A stretch of 64,000 bases of DNA from Camelus ferus (taxonomy: Eukaryota), in contig NC_045696.1 of the NCBI RefSeq assembly GCF_009834535.1, positions 73,410,001 through 73,474,000 of the forward strand. The letters run 5' to 3'. Under the pieces are notes generated by a model. That model searched no databases, was not told the DNA's origin, and saw only the letters and a program-made list of their open reading frames with translations. Positions 12,266 through 23,902 of this stretch are shown one piece after another. Position 1 is the first letter of the stretch. Each line of letters begins with the position of its first letter. The translations under genes and the position numbers were made by a program.

Positions 12266-14346
12266 TGCCACCTTTATTTGCATAATTATCAAGCCGCTGT
12301 CAACTCCCCCCATCCCACAGACACTGGGCAGGAAGCGCCATAAAGTCAGCATCATATTTATTTTGCTCAAGCCTGATTCATAACAAGGACTTAATAATTA
12401 TTGAATCATGTCTGAACATTTAGTTCAAAATAAAGACATAGTTTGGAAGCTGAAGACTGCTGCATCTCTCAGTTATTTTAGCTGCCAACATAGTTCCTCT
12501 GTATTTGGACACCTAATTCCTTAATCCTGCGAGGTGGCTTGGCCTAGCAGAGAGAATCTCATGTACCTTTACTTTAGTGAGCAAGGTGCTTTTGTTTTTT
12601 GTTTTTTAATGGCCTAATTCCTTTTATTGTAAGGCTGTAAGTAAAAATCAAAATGTTTAAGTGTCATTGATACCTTAAAGCATATAAATTCTATAAAAAT
12701 AATGCTATTTCCATAGAAATAGTTTTATTTTGAGACTAAGGAGATATTGAAGTAAGTAGCATATATTTTAATACTGACTCAAAAATGCTCTGAATGCACA
12801 GAAATGTTGGTACATTTGGCATATCATGCAGCCAGAATACAGAGTGCACCCCAGGTACAATCTGTATATTATTAATGCTTATTCAGAGTCAACAAGGATG
12901 TTAACAATGTTTCGCCAAAATGCATAACTCACATTTGCATATGCAGTCCAGCCTTGAATAATTCAGCTCTTTATACCTGAAAATGCACACTAGCTCATTT
13001 GAAAACTTAGCCATTTTTCTGGTTTTGCTGTTCTTGTGCATACTTTAGAGAATTTTAGTCCACGATGTCGGCTATTCAGTAAGTGACGCAAATTTTCTTT
13101 TTAAAAAGGAGATAAAATCCTTTTTAGTAATCAAAATATAAAAACACATCCAGACTGGCGCTTGGGAAACTGAAACCTCAATTCAGGCAGCCCATTTTAA
13201 ATAAGAGATGTTCCCACACAGGCTCTTAATTGAGAAATGCAAGGCTAAACTGCGTTCGTATCTTGTTATTCACAAATAGTTTTCAGCTACTTATTTATTT
13301 CCATCAGCATTCCTCTATCCCAGTCTAAAACTCGTCTAAAACGAAATTCCCATTTTCAAAGAACGTTTTTGCATATTCTGTACGATGTTGTTTCTGCCAC
13401 TTTAATCTATTCAGTACATTGTAGCACTGAAGCATTTTCCATTACAATTAGAAACTTAGCTTTTTTAAAAAATAAAGCATTTACTTCTCATTTCCATAAA
13501 AACAAAACACAACAAAATAAAAATCTCTTCCATTTGAAAGGTGAAGAAACCAAGGCATGGAAAACTAAGTGCCTTGCTCAAAAAATAAAAATTAAGATAT
13601 TGGCCAATTACAAATCATTTTGCTTAAATAATAGTTGTTTCTGTAAATCACAGACATCCACATGGTTTATCTGGAAGGGCAGTGCAAATATAATATCAGT
13701 AAGGCCATCAATATAAAGTAAATTCTTTTTTTTAATCTAAAATTCCAACATTTATAAATTTCAAATAATCTTTCTCTCCCTCCTCCTCCCCTATCCCTTC
13801 TCCTTCTTCTTCTGTATCATGGCTAGCAGATAATATTTGGGATGACCCCAAGGCCTATAACACTGGCAAGTATCTTCTGATTCTTCAGAAAAAGAATAAT
13901 GTATGTTGAGTACAGTTTGAGAATTAAGCATAGTGATTATACTCCAGAACTCTGCATTCTGGCCACCATATGGGGATATATATTAATTCTTTTCCACTAG
14001 CCCAAGGATTCTGGGAACTTGTAAATCAAATTTCTGGCTGTTTTGTAACAAACAGAAGATTAGTGGATCCTTACAAATCACCAAGTAGGATATTGGGGAG
14101 AAAGTGTAAAAGAATAAAACTAAGGTTTAAAAGGGGGGACAGAGCAAATCCATAGACATTTCACTCTACTTCTCTAACCAGTGTCCTGTATATTGATCAA
14201 AATGTTATCAAGCTCTAAAACTACATAATTTATGCAACTGCAACTCCTCAGCTAACTTCAAAGCTTTTAGCACACAGCATAACCATCTGTATACTAGAAG
14301 CTAAATAAAAACCTGTTGGCTGGTTTTTGAATAAGAAAGACATTCT

Positions 14347-14661
14347 GGCACCATCCAATAGAAATATAATATGAACTCTGTATGTAATTCCAAATGTTCT
14401 AGGAGCCACATTTTAAAAAGTAAAGAAAAACAGGTGGAATTGATTTTGATAATACACTTCATATAACCAATGTATCCAAAGTAGTATCATTTCAACACAT
14501 ATTGAATATCACAAATTATTGAGAAATTTGATGTTATTTAATTTTTGTACTAAGTCTTCAAAATGTAGTGTGCATTTTACATCACATCTCAGTTTAAACT
14601 AACCACATTTCAAGTGCTCAATAATCATATGTGGCTAGTGGTTACCCTATTGGACAGCACG
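14347..14661. mobile_element. MER33 hAT-Charlie element, near full length
   Basis: Terminal inverted repeats 'catccaatag' and 'ctattggacagc'; internal 'catttcaagtgctcaataatcatatgtggctagtgg'; approximate 8-bp TSD gacattct/gacaatct. Confidence 0.85.
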
Positions 14662-15169
14662 GACAATCTATACCTGGTTAACTGAATGAGATTTGCTCTT
14701 TTCTCTTGTGTTCTAAGTTAATGATGTATTGGTGTCACTAATGACACTAAATTATATATATTTTCCAATATATAAAACAAACTCTTTTGGCAATGAATAT
14801 GCTTGAGATACAGCTTGTGCTTCCCTACCCCCACAAAAAAGGAACATTCATAACTGTATACGTTAGTTGAATTATCTTCAGCAAATCTAGACAATACTTA
14901 TTAGCAGTGCTTATCAGCATTGCTTATCAGCATTGCTTCAGAATTTTTCAATGAGTTTTGTATCAGAATTAAGATAAACATGGAAAATATATGAGGTAAA
15001 CCTTATCACTGGGGCTCTGAGGATGAGTGGAAGTACAAGTCTATAACTTGTAGCATTTATGTTCTTTTGTTTTATTTTGAGTCACCAATCAAAATCCACA
15101 AAGTCTCCTGTGATGTACCATCTAGTCTCTTAATCACTCAACTTTGAAAGATTGTAATTACTGTTAATC

Positions 15170-15690
15170 TCTTACTCTCCCTTTAACCAGACACTTTATT
15201 AGTTACAAAATCTTGCTAATTCTGCCTCCAAAATGACTCTCATCTTTATTTCCACCTCTGCACTCTCATAGATGTGAGAGCCGTTTTCATCTGACCCTTC
15301 TTGCACTGTGGTCACCCACAGGCTCCCAGTCTTCAGTGACCATAGCAGAGTGCTATTAGAGATGTCCTGCTGAAATGTAATTTGGAAAACATCACTCCTT
15401 GTTCAGTATTTTGATGTGAAGATCTTCCACATACATAGGATATAGTCCCAACCCCTCAATGTGGTTATCATACCCTCCACAATTTGATCCTAACTTACTT
15501 ATATTAAACTACTACCTATAACCTACTGCATCTGCACCTTAAACTTAGACTCACTGTTCCATAATATACCGACCTTTCCTACTTTTGGCACATTCTGGGC
15601 TTCCATCCTGGAAGGCCTTTCCAGCCTTAATCTTCAATTTAGTCTTCAAAATAAAACGTGAATCCCATTTTGTGAAACTTTTCTAGCTCC
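15170..15690 (+). mobile_element. L2 LINE fragment (3' end resumes at ~16920-17062)
   Basis: 'agttacaaaatcttgctaattctgcctccaaaat...ataggatatagtcccaacccctcaatgtgg'. Confidence 0.65.
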
Positions 15691-15691
15691 A

Positions 15692-16890
15692 TCTATCTAT
15701 CAATTCAATACATGTTTTATGATATTCTTTGCTGTGTGCCAAATACTAAGCTACACATAGGAGATTTTAAAAATTTCTTTCTTGAATATTTCCCAAGTTG
15801 GTAAGTCATGTTTACAATATAATGTGATAAATGCTATAATAAACACTCATAATGTGTGTTTGAAAGGCCAGAGGGGACAAACATCCTTCCTGCATAGAGG
15901 GAAAATAGAAAAGATATTACAGAGGAGGTGATATTTGAGTAGGTGTCTTGAAGAATTAATATTAATTTGCCAGGTAGAGAAGAAAAGAATAATGTTTCCG
16001 ACAAAACTGACGAGTCAAAGGGCACAAAAGTTCATGATAGAGGAAAGGAAAACAGTTTAGTTTTAGTAAAGAAAGGATGATACACCAAAATACTTAACAA
16101 CCTATGGGGCACGACTACTGACCAATCAGAATTAACAATGGTCTTACTTATGTACACCAGCTGAATATCAACTCAGAAACAAAGTTAATGAATGTGCCTG
16201 GCAGGAAGAGAAGCAGGAAGGACTAGGTCAGTTACAGATTAGTAGGGCTATGATAATGATCTGAACTCACTTCAGTAGATAGGAGGGAACCATTGAAAGA
16301 TTTTAGACAAGTGAAAGTCATGTTATTAACTATATTTTAGAAAGATTAACCAAGCAATTTATAGAGGCTGGCTTTCAAGGAAATGAAATAATAAAATGAG
16401 ACAATAGATGATTGTGGTGGTCCAGATAAGAGATGAAATACAGTTGAACTGAACCATAGCTGTGAAGATAGAAATAAAAGATCAAATTCAAGGCATGTTT
16501 AGGAGATAAAAATTCAGAGGATTTGATGAACAATTGAACATGAGGAATGGGAGACTGATGGAGAGATAAATGAGGCATTTGAGGTTTTTAGTCTGGAAAA
16601 CTGATGCCCAATGATGCTATCAAACCACACAGAGAATATAAAAAGGAGGAGAGGTTCTATTTTGTGTATGTAGAGTTTGAAATATCTGAAGAACACAGAG
16701 GGTCATGTCCAGAAGACAGCTATACATAGGAGACTAGAACCCAAGAGAGATAAGCATCTGGGAGTCACAGTTCTTATATGGTGGCTGAAATTTTAAATAT
16801 GAGTTTCCCTAATGTAAGAAAAGAAGAAAACGAAGTGACTAAGGATAGAATCCTAGTGAAGATCATCATTTTAAAAATGGGAAGAAAAAA
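15692..16890 (-). mobile_element. L2 LINE, ~1.2 kb, nested in the + strand L2
   Basis: Antisense L2 terminus 'attcaatacatgtttt...ctgtgtgcca'; internal 'gggaaccattgaaagattttaga' and 'gagtttgaaatatctgaagaacac'. Confidence 0.75.
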
Positions 16891-17389
16891 AAATCAGTGT
16901 TTGGTCTTGTATTTATAGACCTCAGTCTTTTTCATTAGATCTTGACCTCCTAAAGAGCAGAAATCACATCTTATTTATCTTTGGGTCTAATTAACGTTCA
17001 CTAAGAGTGTTGGGCACTCAGTAGGCTTGCATGGACACACATACAATGTTTGCTGAGTTGAAATTAAGCTTCATCCTGGAAGTCTTGGGGATAATATGTA
17101 TTTTGTATTTAATTTGATTAGATTAGATTATTCTGCCTAGCTGTATCATTGCATATGAAAATGGGCTCCTAGGTATTCCTTCCAAATTCACCCACAAACT
17201 TTGAATGCTTTTTCTCTGAACTAATAGTCCAATTCATTTTCCAATGGACCAGAAAGCCAGACATCTCATGGAGGCAGTAGTTGGTCATTCAACAATATAT
17301 CCATGGAGAAGTTTCTGCAGGATTGATACATGGTTACTCTGCCTCTAACTTTCCTCTCTGTAGAAACCAGTGATGTTATGAAAAGATTC

Positions 17390-17575
17390 AGATACATCTG
17401 CTCTGCCACCCTTTGGTGCATGGCATGTGCATGGCAAGTTATTTCACCTCTTTGAGTCTGTTTGCTTATCTGTAAAATGGGGATCATGTGACCTGCCCCT
17501 TAGGGTCAGTGATGAGAACTAAACACAATCATGCAAGTAAAAGTACTAAACTCATTGTTCATTTAGTAGGAGCTT
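17390..17575 (+). mobile_element. MIR SINE
   Basis: 'ggcaagttatttcacctctttgagtctgtttgcttatctgtaaaatgggga'. Confidence 0.8.
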
Positions 17576-18011
17576 CATCTTTGGTAAGAGTAAAACAGCA
17601 TTTTTTCCTTTGGATAAATTAGGAAAAAGAAGATATTTCTCAGAAATGTGCCTGGAAGATCTTAATTATCTCATAAGTAAAATTCACTGTAAGAATGGAT
17701 ATTTACAATGGAATTCATAATAAAATGGCATAAAGTTTTTAAGTATGATATAAGAAGGCATGAGTTCTTGTGTGAAAATCTCACCATTTTCAGAAAATCA
17801 TTGAAGTAGTTCTCTTTTCAATGATTACTTTGACTAATTTGAGGACAATAGTGTTTTGTTCTCTTTTGTTTTTTAACCTCAGCAGAAGAACAGGCTAAAA
17901 CCAGAGAATGTAAGGTCTTAAGTAAATTAAAGCAAATCACTGAATTCCAAATTTGTGCAAGCCAATGTGTTAGATGCCAAAACAAAAATGCAGAGAACCC
18001 TCTGTCCTCAC

Positions 18012-18157
18012 CTGAACCACTGACAAAATCCTGGTTTCCCAGGAGAGATCCCATGATTGTTTTTTAGTTTTGGGGGCAGGATTTGTGGTAGAGTGTTTGT
18101 CTCGGTATCCTTATTTTTCCAAACACCAATGGAAAAGTCAACTTCCCTTTCCTGTTG
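18012..18157 (-). other. Candidate cassette or cryptic exon, 146 nt (unverified)
   Basis: Minus-strand acceptor 'ctcttcaccgtttttccttgtag|' and donor 'CAG|GTGAGG'; one frame is open. The peptide is not one I recognise. Confidence 0.2.
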
Positions 18158-18564
18158 CTACAAGGAAAAACGGTGAAGAGTAGCAGTAAAGTATATTCAC
18201 AGCCAGGATCATCAAAACTGAGGATGTCTGGTAACCTCTAGAGTGTCTTGGGCACATTTAATCATTTCAGTAGGAAAGAGGCCAAAACCTCTAAAACTAA
18301 AGAAAGGTGAAAGTTAAAACCAAGGTAATAGTAGTCTGGTATAAGTACGAGCTCACAAAGCAAAAAGTGCTAGATGGAGGGCTGCAAACAGAGAGAAGGA
18401 TGTTATAGTACTAAGGCAACTGTGGACTTTGCAGTTGAAAATGTGAGCTCCAGTCCCAGCTCTGACCTTCACCAGCTGATTGATCCTAGATTTTGCCCCT
18501 TGGGGTTTAACACTATTAGCATACTATTTCTCTTAGCACACAATTGCATATGAAAGTGCTTTGT

Positions 18565-18717
18565 TTGTGTGGTTTTTTTTTTTTTTTTTTTTTTTTTGGC
18601 AGGGGCAGGGAGGGGGTGGTAACTGGGTTTATTTATTTAACGGAGGTACTGGGGATTGAACCCAGGACCTGGTGCATGCTAAGCATGCACTCTACCACTG
18701 AGCTATACCCTCCCCCT
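18565..18717 (-). mobile_element. Vic-1-type camelid SINE (tRNA-Ala-derived), inserted in a MIR
   Basis: Minus-strand head 'gggtatagctcagtggtagagtgcatgcttagcatgcaccaggtcctgggttcaatccccagtacctcc' with A and B boxes, then an A-rich tail. 14-bp TSD tgaaagtgctttgt at 18551-18564 and 18718-18731. Confidence 0.9.
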
Positions 18718-19594
18718 TGAAAGTGCTTTGTAAACTGTAAAGCACTGTGCCAGTGTGCACCATAAGGATTCCAACTCACTGGCAGCTGTGCTGTCCATCT
18801 GCACCTTTGTTTAAGTCATAAGAACTTGAAGCTGTCTATTCCTCAAATTAGACTGTTCATAAACAAGGCAATTTATTCAAAAGTTCTGGTTTTCTTAGTT
18901 TTCTTTTCCTTTTTTTTTTTTAACAGTCCTGCAACCAAACCTACAGCCCCAGAACAGAGAAATACACATAGATTTATGGTCCCAAATTTAAAGTTGAGAC
19001 TAACTATGGGTCTTGTTAGGAGTGTAAATGGATTCCGTATAATGCTTAAACTTTCTCCCATGATGTGAACTTCCAGGGTAAAACATTAATGACATAAAGT
19101 TATTAAAATATTAAAATACTTAATTTTAGGTACCAAAAATTTCTTTATGTGTGTGGGTTTCCTTTCCAGCCTTTTTTGAAAAAGTTTATTATGAAATATT
19201 CCCAATATCAATTAATTAAAAAAAACCAATATAACAATTACTATATATTTATCCCCAGCTTAGAAAATAAAATGTTACCACTAAAATTGAAGACCCTTAT
19301 TAATTCCTCCCCCCATTTCAATACCTACCTCAACCTCCTAAAAGCCAAAATTATCCTGAATTTGCTATTTACATGTTTAATAACAGCATGTATTTCTTCT
19401 TAAGGTAAAGTTATTTTTCAAAATATCTTCTTCAGAATTTGTACGTTACCTATCCCCAAACTGTCTGAAATCACAGAAACATTCTTAAAGTTCTTCTAGT
19501 CATTTTGTTAATTAAACTGAACAGACAGGTTAGGCACTGACCTAAGGCCACAGATCATTAGCGCTACGTAGAACCAGGATCACAAGGAACAGAT

Positions 19595-19810
19595 GAGGAT
19601 TAGGAGACAGAAGACCTTGTTTTGAACCCCAACTCTGGCTACATACAGCTGGGTGATCTTAGCTACATCATTTAAATTATTAGCTTCAGTTTCCTCAACC
19701 ATAAAATAGATTAATATCTGCCTTTCTTCCAGGATTGTGATGATGAGAAAATGAGGTGATCTATGTGCAGGTTTATAACCTATTCCATAAATGTTGTTTA
19801 CTGTTATCAT
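19595..19810 (+). mobile_element. MIR SINE
   Basis: 'gcttcagtttcctcaaccataaaataga...ggattgtgatgatgagaaaatgag'. Confidence 0.75.
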
Positions 19811-19909
19811 TAGGAGTCAGGACTCTTGCCACTAAGTCTGAGACGAAGGCTCCAACAAGGCTGGGGCCCAGTCCCCATGTGACTCTGAGACTCATACAGC
19901 CCATCTCAC

Positions 19910-20110
19910 AATAATTGCTATCACTTATTGCATCTTTAACACATAATGACCCAAGTGATCCTTCTAAAAACCCCTTGGTTAGGCATTATTCTCCTTTTCC
20001 AAATGAGAAGACTGATTTCCACAGAGATTAAACAAGTTGTCCGAAGTCACACTGTTAGTAAAGAGCAAACCCAAGACTTAAAGCCCATGTTCCCAAGCAC
20101 TGGGCCAAAT
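19910..20110 (-). mobile_element. MIR SINE
   Basis: 'ggcattattctccttttccaaatgagaagactga...gattaaacaagttgtccgaagtcacac'. Confidence 0.75.
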
Positions 20111-21199
20111 CGCCTCCCTAGATTTGGCCAAAGCTGACTGGCATGACTTGAGTACCTCTATCCAGTCTCTTGCGGGCATCATCATGCCAGCCTTCTCTCA
20201 ACCAGACCACATGTCTCCTGACTTTCAATCCAGCACACCAAGTTTACATATAGATGCTTAACATTAACTCTTCACCTTGTCACCAGTGTTCTTACGCATT
20301 AGGTAACCCTATCAAATTAGGGAAATTAAATGTGTTTTCATAGTGTTTCATGTGAAAGGGAGGATGTTTAAAAAGTGTCTAGATTCCCTTGATTTGTCTC
20401 CTTGCATGGAGTAGTCGGATATGTCTTCTAGTTCTGATTATTATGGTTACTGCTATTGTCATCAGCCCAGCTTCCAAATATCACCATTTTGCAGAAGTAG
20501 AAATTGAGGCTCAAAGAGGCCAAAAGACTTTCCCAAAAGTCTTTGGACAGCTGGTGGCAAATCTGAGATTGGAATGTTAGCCTTCTCCTGCCCAGGTCAG
20601 TACCCCCCTGACAATATCACACTGCCTCTTGAGGGAATATAATAATCACTTTTCAGATTTCAAGTACAATGGAGATTCTTAATCTGGTATTCACTGAGAC
20701 TCTGGCACCACAGCAGTGAGTCAGTCTTGAAATCTGTGAACTTCTGACTTAAACAATAACTCAAAAATAACTCATTCCCTGCTGGGGCATAAAGATTCAG
20801 CTTTTTAAACTTCCAAAAACCAGGAAATAGCAATTCCCAAAAAGAAGGTAGGAATTTGAGGTTTACAGATAAATCTTTTAGAAAGAAGTCCCTAAGAGCT
20901 GAACTAGTAGGCAATTAAGCTCTTTTCTTACTTACTATAAAACAAATTCATCTTTAAAAAAAAAAAAAGCAAAACAGCAAATACTTGAACTGCATTTAAC
21001 ACACAGAAAGAGGAAAAGGAGACATAAGTAAACATGATCTTCCTTGCTCTGGCTCCATCTTGTTTTCATTGTCCTTTGTACTTACTTTTTCCTTGCAGAC
21101 TAGAGTCCTGAGAAGAACTATCCCTCTGTAAAGATAATCTGTCCCCAGCAAGTGGTTCTGCTATGTACATGCAATGTCTAAGGAATCTTACTTGCGTTC

Positions 21200-21560
21200 C
21201 ACCCAGAGTCAAGGAAGACATACACAAAAGCAGATCATTTCTCTACAAAAGGATAAACGTGAAGATATACCCAGGACGTTACAGAACCACAGAGGAGGGA
21301 GACCTGACCCTGCCTCTAGGCTTTTCACTCATAATGAGACCTAAACGGAGCATTGAAGGATGCCTAAGTGTCAGTCAGACACGGATAGTAAGATGGCATT
21401 CCAGGCCGAAGAAATACCTATTGTGTGCAGGGAACGAACAGTAGTTTGATGTTACTGAAGTACCAAGCACAGGATGAGTAATTCCCCAAGATGAGGATTA
21501 AAAGGGTAGGAGAGTGGCCTTAGAGGTCCTTGAGAACAACCTGAATCTGAAGTAAGATAG
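21200..21560 (-). mobile_element. L2 LINE fragment
   Basis: 'acagaggagggagacctgaccctgcct...gcattccaggccgaagaaa'. Confidence 0.6.
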
Positions 21561-22682
21561 GAACACATGGAGATCTATTGAGGGATGTGTGCCAAGAATT
21601 TCATTCCTTAAAGTACTGACATTTATGAATTATTTACATTTCAAAACTTAAAGCTAATTCAAGTTTAACCCTATAGTAAAATTATTCTAAGGCATCTGTA
21701 TTCTAATATGGTTCCTTGAGTGGAAGGAAAAAAAAATGTGCCTGGGTCAAAGAAATGGGGCAGCTATAGCTAAGATCTCCATTCTTTTTGGTACAGTGGA
21801 TCAAAGTTTGGGAACTCACTGCTATGAACTGCCCTTCCTGAACAAATTGAATCTTCCAGTGCAGAGCAAACTGTGATTGCAATCTCAATAATAATCTTAT
21901 AATAATCCTAGCTTGGGACCCTTATGCTTTCCAAGAGTAAATTGGTGTGAGGAGGATGCAAGGGAGGGAAGCAGCTGCCTCTGTGGGCAACCTGCCACAA
22001 TACAGTGATGCCAATGTCCAGGAACTGAAATATTTCAATGGAAATAATCCCATTAGGTTGCATAATAAACTGCCTGCTAGTGTCCAAAACATAGGCTCGG
22101 TCTTTAATAGTAAATAATGTTAACCCAGAGGGAATGTCATTCATCCACCTTTTATTGAACATCTACAACATGCAATTCTGTGAAAGTTTCCATCAGTATA
22201 AAAAAAATACAGAGGTCCGTATAGTCTAGAAATTTACATTCGTCCTGGGCCTAAGATAAGCCCACAAGCAGCTCTACCTCAAGGCAGACTGTTAGAGAAA
22301 CAATAGAAGTTCCAGCAAACTGCTGTGAAGGTTCAGAAAAAGGAGAGATTAAATAGATGTAGAAAATTGCTTCAATTTTCATAGGAATAATAAATATGAT
22401 CAAGAACAGAAAAAAAATCAGGGTTCACAATTTTCTCCCTGATTAGAATGCCCACTCCATTTCAAGAAAATTCAGAATAGAAAGTGAGGCTTTACTAGGC
22501 ATCCCAGAATGTGTACAAAATTTTAAGTTTGTCAAAATAGATGGAATATAAATTTCCAAAGACTGGATCCCTTCAGCTCCTATTATTTGAAAGTAGGGAT
22601 GGCAAACAGGAATATCTTAGCTGAGCTCAACCACCGTGAGGACCCACAGAGCAAAAGAGAGGATCGCTAAGGTAACCAGACA

Positions 22683-22775
22683 GCAGAATGTAATTACCCA
22701 AATTGGAATTCAGCCAGGCTGTGCAGGCAATACCCACACTCTTTAGAAAATGTCATAGACTCTTTTAATAACCAT
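22683..22775 (-). mobile_element. Probable AmnSINE1 (Deu-domain SINE) remnant
   Basis: 'gcagaatgtaattacccaaattggaattcagccagg...actctttagaaaatgtcatagactcttttaataacca' is collinear with the reverse-complemented AmnSINE1 core as I recall it ('gcagaatgtaattacccaagttggaatttggccagg...actcttgcgaaaagtgccatgggatctttaatgacca'). Confidence 0.6.
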
Positions 22776-23746
22776 GGCAATTTTCTTCCATAAACATGTA
22801 TTAGTAGGACATATCAGAACAAGAATAAAATATTCTTGTTTTCTACACCCATGAATGGATACACAGCCATAGCAAAGAAGGAAGACTACAAATCTCAGAA
22901 ATATGATTGTGAACTTGCTTAGCTACAATATTCAGTCTTGTTTCTAAATGTAATTTTTTAAAATGTAGGAAGGGAGACATAGAGCTTTGTGTGCAATAGA
23001 ATTCAAATGAAGTATTTTATATAACATGGGAAAAGTAATGCTTAAATTGTCCATGTTAGTAGTTTAGTGTAAACATGGAAACACACTATTTATATTGAAA
23101 AGCCTAATGGTAAATCACGGGATGTGTTATCACAGTCTCTGGACAAAAACAAACAAACAAACAAAAAAAACCCTGTTTCAAATGTTTTATTTCAAATTTT
23201 TAAATAGTAATACATGAAAGTACAGATGTTTATCCATGGAACTACATTTTTTTATTGCCCTCTACTGTCCAAAGTAAATGATTCAGTTGTTGGATTAAAT
23301 GATTTGATCCAACAAATACTTGAGTGCGTACTATGTACCAGAACAGTCCTTTGCTCTCACAGAGCTTGTAGGCTGGCAAATACATGAAAGGGAAACCAGT
23401 GGATTTCTAAGAAGATAGAAATGTATGACTGTGAGATGCCCAGAGGACAGAGAAAAACTACCAAAATGCAGAAAGAAGCAAAAACAAGAGTGAATACCAA
23501 GACCCAATGTTGGCCGTGTTGGTATTTAACATGCAACATTTTACTTAGGTAGATAATAATCACAATATTCAGTGAATATTTAATTTGCACCCAGCACTGT
23601 ATTAAGGGTACACTTGTCCTCATATTTTAATGGTATGATACCTCACTACAGAACGGAGAGAGGACCTCATTCCAGACCAGAGGACTGGTTCAGTGCCGAC
23701 AGCTCAAAGCTCAGGTCTCAGGGGCACGAGTTAATAGCTTTGCTCT

Positions 23747-23902
23747 TTTTTTTTTTTTAAATCTTTTTTCTTTCTTTCTTTTTTTTTTTTGTGGGGGGAG
23801 GTAACTAGGTTTATTTATTTTTAGAGGAGGTACTGGGGATTGAACCCAGGACCTTCTGTATGCTAAGCATGTGCTCTACCACTTGAGCTATACCCTCCCC
23901 TC
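23747..23902 (-). mobile_element. Vic-1-type camelid SINE, inserted in a MIR
   Basis: Same tRNA-Ala-like head. TSD tagctttgctct at 23735-23746 and 23903-23914. Confidence 0.9.

Noticed and set aside
13049..13078. Plus-strand 30-nt microexon pattern (ag|...RILVHDVGYS...|gtaagt)
   Set aside because: Opposite to the inferred host strand, competing AGs lie inside it, and such patterns are expected by chance.
14909..14938. Direct repeat 'tgcttatcagcat' twice
   Set aside because: Simple 13-bp slippage duplication with no spacer structure; not CRISPR-like.
18640..18716. tRNA-Ala(AGC)-like sequence on the minus strand (also at ~23826, 29217, 54171 and 54316)
   Set aside because: Each is the head of a SINE, with an A-rich tail and flanking TSD, so these are not tRNA genes.
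19450..19464. Minus-strand 15-nt microexon pattern (similar 18-nt pattern at ~21820-21837)
   Set aside because: Weak donor or weak polypyrimidine tract; not distinguishable from background.
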